Source of the DNA: Marsupella aquatica | Lineage: Eukaryota > Plantae > Marchantiophyta | Assembly: GCA_973895155.1 (NCBI GenBank) | Contig: OZ316891.1 | Location: 11,654,771-11,718,770, forward strand | Direction: 5' to 3' | Length of the DNA stretch: 64,000 bases | Made by a program: the position numbers and the translations under genes | Part shown: positions 14,027 through 24,361 of the stretch, piece after piece | Layout: each line of letters begins with the position of its first letter | Position numbering within the stretch: position 1 is the first letter of the stretch | Notes under the pieces: model-generated | Database searches by the model: none | Told to the model about the DNA's origin: nothing | Seen by the model: only the letters and a program-made list of their open reading frames with translations

Positions 14027-16310
14027 CTCCACTACTAAATGACCCATATTCATCTATCATTTTATCACCTAGATCACTTTGGATATCAGAATTGACGCCA
14101 ACAGGAAGCTGCTCCACCAACGTTGGCGGCGCAAACACTGGACTCAATCTCAATTTGTCTATTATGTAATCAGGTTTGACCATTAACTTAGGCGCATCCT
14201 CCAACGTTTCTTTCAATCCAACTTTAGGTCCATTTCTCCAAATGAAATGAGTTGCATGACGGACTGTCTTCATATATCCTGTTCTACCTATCTCAGATCC
14301 AGACTTTTGAGACAAGCGTAATATTATGGGGCTTCCGCTTGACATCCTTGTGAAGACCAATTTATTCCCTGACGAACAAAATTGAGGAGACTCGGAACAA
14401 GTTGAAGCACCTGCCTCTTCAGCTTCAACATTTGTTGTCTCTCCAAGTGGAAGGTTGTCTTCAATCGCTTCTGCAATACCAACTTGTAGGTCCGTGGTGG
14501 GTGTAGTGGCCCCAATATTCTGCCAACCTACATCCAATGTGCACGATACCTGCGGTCTCTCAGGATGCAATTTTGATACTTCAGGGTTGAGAGGATTTGA
14601 TGGAGGGTCGCTCTCAGGGCGACCCGACATCACTATGTTGAGTTGAGGTAGCCCTTCAACACCGTAGGTAGTAATGCCAACCATTTCTGTTGCTCGAGCA
14701 TCCCAATTTCCGCCAAAATCCTCCTCTACCATAGGACTTGAACCTCCATCGTCATGCTGCAACTCACCATCCTCAAGGTCAACTCGCTGAGGGCCCGGTT
14801 GGGGGTTGTCCATAGGCCCGCAAAGAACACTTAGATGAGCTCTCCTAGGACCATGTACTCCCATCCGCTCTTTCATAAGGGAGGGAATCCTGTTGCACAA
14901 AACCCTTGCATATGCTTGGGTGAAATGGTGTTCTTGCAAAGTGTCTGAATAGACAAAACAATCTCGGTATGCCAACAAGGCCACCTTCAAAACCTGCCCT
15001 CCTGAAAAAAAATCGAGGACAGTCTCCCCCTCACCGGAAAAACATTCAATAATATTTTTGAGCATGTGTCGGGGCTTGGCATGCGGATTGACAAATCCTC
15101 CTCGACTTCCGACCATCTCAAACATTGGAGCTTGCCGCAATAAATCTGCCATATCAAATGCGGGAGATTGCTCCTCTGTCTCATTCTCTTTTCCCTTGCT
15201 TTTCTCTTGCTTGTCAGCCTTCACTTCAATATTGAAATCACAGTCAACATCGGGGTGAAAACTAAATTTTGAATTGAACTCTGGCTTAAACAATTGATTC
15301 CAATCAAAATTGTCTTCACCTATAATTCCATCAAAAATGACCTGCTCAATCGCTCCTGTAAAAATTAAGCCCTGCGGATTTGGGCGATCTTCCCGATCAT
15401 AACTCCCGTATTCAACATGGATGGCCAAATGCTTTTTATGTCCTAATTTCCTTAGGGCACTTAAGATGTTGGCTGGAAGTGGCCCTGGATGAGTAGTCAT
15501 GACAACTACAATGGTTGTATTCCTTGGCAACTCCACAATATATTGGAGCAATACAAAAATTTCCGAATCTGTCCATTCATGTTGTTGTGCCCTACTAAAA
15601 TCAACAATTGCAAGTGGACACATTGGCGTCGCCTCTTCCAATAACTCTGGCGTGGTTGTCTTCATTAGATTCTCACTGAAGAACGTCAAGAAAGGCTCTG
15701 TTCGTGTGCGCCCAACTCCACCAAATTGTTTGCAGTACAACCCGTCTAATCTCACCATTAGACTTTGAGGGAAAGCCTCCTTCACAATGTTCTTCCTTAA
15801 TAAACTGCTAAGGTAGGCCTCCCCAACTGCTCTTCGCAATTTTGTCAGCTCAAGTTGAGATCCCAAGGCCGGCATGATGTTGACCACCGAAGCCCACGAT
15901 GTCCCCCCGGGAAACTTCTCCTTGTGCTTCTCAACAAAGTACTCAACAATGACTTGCTTCAATTTAGTCATTACCTTGATGGTATGAGCCATATCTGGCA
16001 TTGACACCAGATCCATCTTGTTGGAGGCATCTTTCTTGAGAAGTGCTTTCTTCTCATAAACCGCAGTCAATATATCAATGATATCCTTAGAGCTGATCTC
16101 CCCTTCAAAACATCTAAAAAGAGTTGACGGGACCAGCTTTAGTGGCCGCGGCCCACCATACTCTCCTGCCCCGCCAGGGAGCTTCCCTGCCAACCAATCC
16201 CAACAAACAGTTTGCCATAAATGGAAAAGCTTATCCTCAGCAAAGAGCAACCAAAAAATGGCTTTCAAGCTCGACTTTCCCATTGTTATCTTTGCGAGGG
16301 CAAACCAATC
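14027..16310 (-). CDS. Exon containing a beta-class amino-methyltransferase-like (N6_N4_Mtase-like) fold, catalytic motif degenerate
   Basis: VNPHAKPRHMLKNIIECFSGEGETVLDFFSGGQVLKVALLAYRDCF resembles the HPxxKP..L..II...S..GD.VLDPF.GSG...AA...GR SAM-binding end of beta-class MTases. The upstream PLAIVDFSR lies where the (D/S)PPY motif would be expected. Confidence 0.6.
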
Positions 16311-16522
16311 TTGCATTTACATTCATCCACCAAAAAACATGTTAGATGTTTAAACTTAGAAACTTCAACTTCTCTGCCTCGCCCCTAGAGCGAGGCGAAG
16401 AAAATGACAAAGCCATATGAAAATGGTTGGGGCAATCATTGTATTCATCATTCAATTTCATTTGGGTCGCTCTAAGAGTGAGGCAAAATTAAAGTACAAT
16501 TCCAACTAATGAAAATGTTTAC

Positions 16523-18039
16523 CTGGTATTTCTGGTTGTCTGTACTTTGGTTTGTTCCAATTCCTGGACGCGGTGGTTTCCCACATTCATCAAATTGCCT
16601 TCTCGCATGAACAACTGTCTCTAGAAAACAAGACTTAAACTGCATGGTCTGATTTACTGCATTTGAAAGGCTCGAGTGCTCGACCAAAATTGCCCTTGGA
16701 GTGAGGTCTGATAAGATCCTCGCTTTCCGATATTGGAGTTTGCTAGCAAGATCAGTTAGCTTGGCATCCTTGTCTGCCCACCCTTGAATCCATTGTGCAG
16801 CCTTTGCGGAATGTTGCCCACTGATTGCAAGAAATTGTATCTCTTGCTTCTTAACACCAAACAAAAATTGCTTCCGATCGCGTGCGGTATTGTCAAAATG
16901 TAACAACTGCTTAGTGCGCTCTAGAAATGGAATCAAATCTGCAACATGTGGTTCCTGGCCAGGGTTTTTCATCATTGATTTTGCTATCTCTAAGGCATGA
17001 GCCTGGTTGAACATCCGATACACAAAAATTGCAGTAGGCGGAAGAATACTTTTAACCGGGATTTCAAAAACCTCCCTGATTCCAAAAGTGTAGTATTGCT
17101 CGATGTTCCGCAAAGCTTTCTGCCCCTCCAATACATCTCGTTCCTCTGGTGCATCTGTTGGGCATGTATCATCCTCTGGATCCAAGACCAACCTTGCTTT
17201 TGACGCTGACACGGGCTTTGATTTTCCAATCTTGGCCTTCTTCTTGGGCTTCTTGTCGGAGTCCTTATCTTTCTTCTTCAACGCCGCCTTTTTTCCTCTA
17301 GTACTTCCTTCACTCCTTGGCTCTCTTTGTTTTCTCTTCTTCTGTGTTTCAGCCGACGTCATTTCTTTGGCCTTCATCTTCATCTTCCCCTTACCTCGAT
17401 GCTTTTCTTCCTTCTTCTTTTGAGTTGAAATCCACTTCATGCAAGCATCTTCGTCAAACTCATCAGAGAAAATAAAACTCTTATCAATTGCTTGCTCATA
17501 TGAAAAGCGTGCTGTTTCAATCATCCTTTGGACAACCCATGTGTTAGGAAGATCTATAAGGTCCGGATGATCATGCATGTACCGCTTCACAGAGAGGAAT
17601 CCAAAGACAACATCAACCCCACTCAATTTGAATCTTCCATGCCTCTCAAGAACATCCTCTGCAGTGAACCCATCTGGAAGAAATCCCATTGAACAAATAC
17701 TAGCCTCCGAGCGTGCTATCCACTCCACGTTGATAATTGACGAGTACATCTTGATTGGCAAGTAAAGTCTCATCCACTGAGATCTTTCTCTGGATTCAAT
17801 AATGATTGTAACATTGCGGTTATCACTGCAATTTACAAGGACCACAGGGCCCAACGCAACTATCTTCTTGTCGTTCATTGTCTCAGCAGTGATTGCCTTG
17901 ATACAAATCATTGACAAGTCATTCTCCATGATCCCTACTTCAAGTGCCCACAAAAATCCTGCCTTATCTTGTCCAGGGAAAATAAAGTCCTTGACATCCT
18001 CGGCCATAATATTTAACTCTGGGGATCCAAGTTGTTCTC
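16523..18039 (-). CDS. Exon with a Lys-rich segment and a ParB/sulfiredoxin-like domain
   Basis: FEIPVKSILPP...YRMFNQAHALEIAKSMM...QFLAISGQHSAKAAQW resembles the ParB/Srx fold with a hydrophobic-x-G-Q-H motif. It is preceded by a basic, NLS-like stretch (KKRKQR, KKPKKKAK). Confidence 0.55.
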
Positions 18040-18124
18040 CTGGAAAAACAAATTGAAACGACAAACATTAAAGCAAGAGATCTTCTGTGTTGCCTCGCCC
18101 CTAGAGCGAGCTGGAGACAAGGTC

Positions 18125-18487
18125 TGCATCAACAAACATGTGGGTTGGGTCGCTCCTCGAGCGACCCTAGGAAAACTTAAATCAAGGTCCAACCAACAAC
18201 AAATTTGGATCGCTCCTGGAGCGACCCTAGGAAAACTTAAATCAAGGTCCAACCAACAACAGAGTTGGGTTGCTCCTGGAGCGACCCTAGGAAAACTTAA
18301 ATCAAGGTCCAACCAACAACAGAGTTGGGTCGCTCCTGGAGCGACCCTAGGAAAACTTAAATCAACGTTCAACCAACAACAAAGTTGGGTCGCTCCTGGA
18401 GCGACCCTAGGAAAACTTAAATCAACGTCCAACCAATAACAACGACAAATCTTAGGCAAGATAGGGTCGCTCTAAGAGCGACCCTTC
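18125..18487. repeat. Tandem array, 60-bp unit x5 plus partials, each with the palindrome GGGTCGCTCC-T-GGAGCGACCC; inside intron 1 of the cargo gene
   Basis: Near-identical sequence lines at 18181, 18241, 18301 and 18361 show an exact 60-bp period. Confidence 0.95.
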
Positions 18488-18980
18488 AAAGACTAACTTG
18501 CATCAATTGTTGAATCATACTTACGTGGAACTGTGATATGAAATCCCCTTGAGGCGGCCAAAGCGGATTCCACCGACATCTTTAGTAAAGTGTCTTGAGA
18601 ATCATACTCAAAGATTTTACTAGAATCAAAGTTCAGGGACTGCCCAGAACTAGAAGTGCTAGTAGAATCATCAGAACTAGAGGAAGTGGCCATTGAAAAA
18701 TGCCTCACAAATGTTTAGATGACATGTGGCAACCTAGTATACAAGAATGCCTATAGCTAGACCACACCACGGAGCGAGGCTACAGAGCAAGGAAAAAAAT
18801 CTACTATGAGCAAGGCAAAATCAACAGAGCGAGGCAAGAAAATCTACTATGAGCGAGGCAAGAGGGAGGAGGGAAACCAGGGCAGCCGGTCAAGAAGACA
18901 ATGAAGGAGGAGATGGATGCAAGAAGACAATGAGGCAAATGAGGTAATGTCTTTGCCTTTTGCCTTCCTATACCCTCACT

Positions 18981-19033
18981 GCCACGGCCGATCGTACGCC
19001 ACGGCCGATCCTATGCCACGGCCGATTGTACGC
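18981..19033. repeat. 17-bp tandem repeat x3 (GCCACGGCCGATC/TGTAC-like) in the divergent intergenic region
   Basis: gccacggccgatcgtac gccacggccgatcctat gccacggccgattgtac. Confidence 0.85.
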
Positions 19034-20019
19034 GACCTTACGCAACCCAGCCACTTGCTCCCTTCCACGCGCCTGTGAACTCGCAACCCTCATAATGACC
19101 TAGCTGTACGGGTATCCATAGATTTTGAAAAATGATGCACGGTCGTACGGGTGTCCACAGAATGCCGATCAGAGTAATCAGACTTTCGGCCTCTCGATGT
19201 TGTGAACCCCTTCAGGACAAACTTGGCTAAAGCTTGCTCACAAATGGTATAAAGCTCTACAGATCCAATCATTTCTCTCTTTTGTATGGCGCGTGCGTTT
19301 CTGGTCATTGCTCACTCTCGGTCTTGCCCTTCGGCCCTTGTCTATCTTGCTTCTGTTTGGTGACTGATTCGACTGACTTGGACATTTATGGTTACAAGAG
19401 TTCGTGCAAGGAAAGTCCTGTTTCAAGTATATTGCATTAGTTTTGGTGTCCTTGGTTGGCGACACGTCTTCTATAGTCCTTAAGAGAGGTATTACTTCAT
19501 CTACCATTCTCTTAATTTCTTCTCTATGATATCCACCAAATATTTGGCCCTAGCTTTATGACCTAACTAAGCCCTAGATAATGTAGGGTTCCTAACGACA
19601 CACTCGTCTACCCACACGTCTACACACTTCAATGGTCTAATTCAGCTTAATCATTCCCCTGATTTATTCCTCGGGGGTTTCACTTCCACAAAAATGGCAT
19701 ATCACGTGCGACGAAGGATAGGGTCATTTTATTGGTTCTAAGGGAAGACTTAAGAATTTTTGTAGAAGAACAATAGGGTCTTTTAAATTCAATTTTGAGA
19801 CTTATAAGAACATTAGGGTCCTTTTAATCCAATTTTTAGAATATTCCAAGAATATTCCAACTTTATAGGGGTTAATAAATAATTTTTTTTTCTTACATTT
19901 TAGGGGGTCCGAGGCCTAAAAACGTCGCAGGCGATGGGGAGGTCCCCATATAGTGAGACCCCTGAGATTTATTCATTTCCATATTTTCTCTTTTCCTTCA
20001 CAATTCTTGCTTCTCCAGG

Positions 20020-20456
20020 ATTGTGCTCATCTTTTCTTGCTCTCCCCTTGCCTCGCTCCAAGAGCGTCATGCCCTTGCCTCGCTCCAAGAGCGTCATACA
20101 CTTACCTTTCATCAGGAGCATCCTGCCCTTTCTTTTCTCCAAGGGCATCCGCTCTCCATTGCCTCGCCATCAGAGCGTCCCTCAACCGCCTCGCCCCTAG
20201 AGCAACCCTCCATCGCCTAGCCCCTAGAGCGACCCTCATTCACCTTGCCCCTAGAGCGTCTCTCCATCGCCTCGCCCCTAGAGCGACCCTCATTCACCTC
20301 GCCCCTAGAGCGTCCCTCCATCGCCTCGCCTCTAGAGCGACCCTCCATCGCCTCGCCCCTAGAGCGACCCTCCATCGCCTCGCCCCTAGAGCGTCCCTCA
20401 ATCGCCTCGCCCCTAGAGCGTCGCAACCTTGCCTCGCTCCAAGAGCGTCCCTGACC
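20020..20456. repeat. Tandem array, 27-bp unit (CGCCTCGCCCCTAGAGCGACCCTCCAT), about 15 copies, upstream of the transposase
   Basis: Visible directly, and gives the 9-aa periodicity (RLAPRATLH) in the overlapping spurious ORFs. Confidence 0.95.
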
Positions 20457-20629
20457 TTAGAATCCTGTTGTGTAAAGCCAATACACATAAACTCCCAAAT
20501 ATTTTTTTCCTTTAAATTGAATTCAAATGTTTAGATCTAATATTGTAATATCTAGAGTAGTGCTTATCAGTATGCACATCAGCTGAACAATTTTTAAATG
20601 TTTTTGGATGCAGAGATCCTTTCGCTACC

Positions 20630-23600
20630 ATGAGTAAATTTATGCGAGGGGATGAAGTTTCATTGATAATTGATGGTTTTGAAGTGGCAATTGGGACCAT
20701 CCAAAAGGTTGATCCCAAAGACACTATACACAATATTTGTCTTGGGAAAAATCGAATTGGGGTCCTTATCGAGAGGTGTCTTGAAACATCTTGTCCACTA
20801 CCATTTCCATCCAAAACATCATCGAGCCTAGGTGATGCAGTTGACTCGTGTGTGATCTGGGATTCTTCCTTGGCATATTTGAGGTCTTCAACATTGCCGA
20901 AAAGAACCGCTGTGGATGGTGTTCCTACTCCAGTGGACGGGGATGAAGGATGTTCCGAAATGGATGTTGGTGGTAAAGGAGGCAACCTTGCTGAAGGAGA
21001 GGAGGTTGAGATGTTCATTTTAGATGAACTTGTATCAAAAGGAGTTGTCTTCAATACCAATCCAATGGACACTTGTCATAGTGAACGACTCGGTGTTGGC
21101 CGTGTCAGTATACAAATATCAGAGGTTGTTCAGGGAAATAGAAAATTACCGTATCCGCATCCTGGAGCTGACACAGTGCAAGAGGCAATGCAGACTTGGG
21201 TAATGTGGGATGTTGCTGATGTTTCAAGAAAAGGCTCTATTCGAGGTTCTGGCATGTTTGTTGGTGCAAACCCGGGTGCAAACCTGTTTAAGGATCTTCC
21301 ATTGAAAGATTTTACAATGCGTTCCAACTGGATGGCAGAGGAAGTTGACTTGTATGATGTTTCTCGTTGTCGTAAGGTTGCGACAGGGGTTATCACAGTT
21401 CATTTTGAAGCAGGTGCTGTTGATGATGAACTTCTTGGTCCAAAGCATGTGGGTGTAGCTGTTGTGAATATCAACGATCCCGCATTATTTCCAAATATCC
21501 GTGCTGGTACTCCAGGTTTGGTGAGGTGGGAAATCAAATCTTTGTTGTTGATTTCATCTCAAATGTTTCTCGGGGATATCCTTGAGAAAGGTTCACATGT
21601 GTGGATAGAATCGGGTCGAAATGAGAGCGACCCGGATTTGGATGGTGATGGGAAACCTCCAAAAAGACCTTATAATTTCATTAGAAGAACCAAAGTGGAT
21701 CTGGAGGAGAAAAAAAAACATTTGCAATCAAGGGCGCTTTTGAAAATCACCGAGGAGTCCATTGATTCCATCCAAAGAGAAGGTTGTTGCAGGTTAAAGT
21801 GTTGCTTGAACATGCCAAGAGAGGACTTGGAGGCAATGAGGAGGGAATTTCATGGAATGTCAAGTGACAACAAACAAGTCATATCTTCAATCTTTTTGGG
21901 TGTAGAGAAGACCAAGTCAAGAGAAAAGGATTTTTTGTTCTAAAGGGACGTGTGGTTTGTAAGGATGCGTTCATAAAAATGCATGGGTTTAGTACGGCAA
22001 AGTATTATGATTACAAAAATCAGTACGAAGCTGGGTGCACAATTGGTTTCCATGGAAATCAAGGGCAACATAAGACACGATCAAGCACCTTGCATGCTCG
22101 TGCATTGTTGGAGTCCATTTTAATCCAAAATGGAGAACCAATGCCACATCTTCCCTATGGTGGGTCCAACGGCACCGATACTGTCAAATATCGACTCCCA
22201 TCATGTTTCACTAAGAAGGAGATTTTTCAAGAGGTATTTGCAAAGATGGAATTGGACGGCTATGCTAAGGTTACTGAAGTTACCATGTACAACATCTGGA
22301 AAAATTCTTTTGATAATTTTGACTTTCACAAGGGCAGTGCATTTGCCAAGTGCACATTTTGCACTGAGTTCAAAGATCAATTGATGCGGGAGAAGAGAAA
22401 AAAGAGCGTGCAGAGATTGAAGAGAAAAGAGCACGACATCTTCATGAACAAATGTCAAGGAGATATGTTTACTATGCTCATAGGGTTCTTGCAAAGAAGG
22501 ATCCTCAAAACTATCTTTGCATTATTCATGATAAGATGGACCAAGCCAAGACTTGGATCCCCAGATTGGTCCCCACTCCAAAATCTCTCTCTGGTAGTGG
22601 TCAACCTCTGCCCATTGCCCTTACTGGGATGTTAACCCATGGAAGGGATCCAGGAGTGTATGCACACTTTAGTTTGACTGGCCTTTGGCCTGGAGATGCA
22701 GACTTCACTGTGACATCTTTGGCCAAATGCCTTCGAGATTTGGAGGATTACACTGGAGACAAAACGGGAGACATGCTTGAAGCTTTCAATTGGAACGCAA
22801 CTAGGCCAATATTTCAGTCTCTTTTGGACTTTGAAGCATTTCAAGCGGGTTACTTGGAACCCAAAAATGTTTCAATTCTCAAGTTTCAAGGCCTTGATGA
22901 CGGTTAGGAGAGCCAAAAAACCAGCACAACAGATGCTGGTTCTAGAGTTGATCCTGAGACTACGAGCTCTTTCAAGCCCTTACCAAGGCACCTAACATTG
23001 CAGATGGACAATTCAGGAAAAGATAATAAAAATCAATATGTGATGGCATTTTGCAACGAGCTTGTTAGCAGGGGGTGTTTGAAACTGTGCAAATGTCATT
23101 CCTCATGGTTGGCCACACCCATGAGGATGTGGATGCACTATTTTCTCAAGTATCCAAACAGGTCAGGTACAAAGAGGTTGCTACCCTCCTTGCGTTGATG
23201 GCTGAGGTTTGGGAGTGTGAAAGCATCCATCCCGTACCACGATTGATTCAGGAGGTTGCATCTTACAAGCACTATTTGAAGGCTTTCCAAGTGAAAGAGA
23301 TTGAAGGTCACTCAAAACCAGTGGCATTTCTATTCTCCATGAGGGATAATGTGCCAGTGTATCAATATAAAGCACATGTCAAACAACCTTGGCTTCCAGC
23401 AACAGGGAGGTCAATTTGGAGAACTGATCTCATCACAAACACACTCATTTTACCGGAGGGCCAACCATTTGCAAAACCTATATCGGGGGAGGTACAAAAG
23501 AAAGCCGAGGAAATCATCCCATTCCTTAATCGTTACATTGATTTCTTGAGGAAAAGTTGCAAGGATGAGACCTCTGCAGCATACCGCGAGAGATTTCCTT

Positions 23601-24361
23601 TGGTGAAATATTGGGAGAGGCTTGTTATGGCACTCTCTGAGGCACTTACAATAGAAGGGGAGGGAGAAAGACAATTGTCATTGACAACTGATTTCTGGCC
23701 AAAGACTAACCATGGCACAGGTTACAAGGTGATTTTGGGGACCTCTCAACCTTCAAGTGAACCTACTCAAAATTCAGAGATGATGGACCTTCAAAATGAG
23801 TACATGGAAGAGATGGAAGGTCAAGCTGCACCCTTCGTTGGTGCACGAGAAGAGCGAGAACTTGCACGTTGGATTCCCCTACAAGATATTCAAGAGGGTC
23901 ACTTTGTGTTTTTACGTCCAGAGGATGAATGGGAGCAAAAAAATGGCAAAGGGCGTTTCTGGTTAGTTCGAGCTTTGGGTGGTGTGGATCCAAACCATGA
24001 GGTTTCTTCACTAGATTTGCAATTTAGTGAAGGGTCTTCTTCAAGGTTTTCTAAGAGCATTCACCTAAGTAGCATTCCTAAGCGGTATGCTCCTATGTTC
24101 CAAGTGCAATGGTGGAGGCCTAAACATGGTAAGCATGATGCAAAGGATGATGTTCGATACGAACGTTGCTTTCAGACCACTAAGACTTGGGAGCTAGATC
24201 CTGGGTTTAACACTATCACTCAAAGTTGGCAGTTTGCAAATTCTGCAATGTATGGGTTTAAGTCAGGTGCCAAAGAACAAAATATTATGGATAGAGGTTT
24301 GACAATTCCCAAGAATGTTTTGAAAACTCTCAAAACTTACATGGCAGGTATTGATGAGTAG
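20630..24361 (+). pseudogene. Frameshifted DDE transposase, Sola-like (DUF7869-type), with three N-terminal TNP1/En-Spm-associated-like (DUF8039-like) repeats
   Basis: Fragments 20630-21943, 21952-22635, 22452-22907, 22998-23198 and 23075-24361 carry CCRLKC, VCKDAF, CTFC, IIHDKMDQ, QMDNSGKDNKN and FLMVGHTHEDVDALFS. The VAxG.I...(D/H)...LG...V.I...LPxP...V.W unit occurs three times at the N-terminus. Confidence 0.75.

Larger units (their letters stand above)
12636..18693 (-). pseudogene. Transposon cargo gene, 5 exons (18693-18498, 18039-16523, 16310-14027, 13990-13856, 13708-12636), ~1734 aa: ParB/Srx-like + degenerate N4C/N6A methyltransferase-like + FCP1/NIF HAD-like; damaged
   Basis: All four introns have GT donors and matching phases. 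Acceptors of introns 1 and 4 are canonical CAG. Acceptors of introns 2 and 3 read CAA, and exon 4 has an in-frame TAA at 13985-13983. Motifs: FLAISGQHSAKA; HAKPRHMLKNIIECFSGEGETVLDFFSGG; KLLILDLN...RPGLHQFL...ALWTCA...LKDL...TLLIDDSPVKA. Confidence 0.65.

Noticed and set aside
14022-16316. Bacterial contamination or an active restriction-modification methylase
   Set aside because: The gene has spliceosomal introns, is embedded among plant genes, lacks an intact DPPY/SPPY motif and has no partner nuclease.
18013-18459. 148-aa and 135-aa repetitive ORFs on both strands
   Set aside because: They are translations of the 60-bp array, whose unit length is divisible by 3.
18125-18487. CRISPR array (palindromic repeat with regular spacing)
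   Set aside because: The linkers are nearly identical rather than unique, no cas genes are present, and the array lies in a spliceosomal intron. Kept as a tandem repeat.
19934-20534. Repetitive ORFs (RLAPRATLH, ASPLERPSI, GRSRGEAME)
   Set aside because: They are translations of the 27-bp array and are open in many frames.
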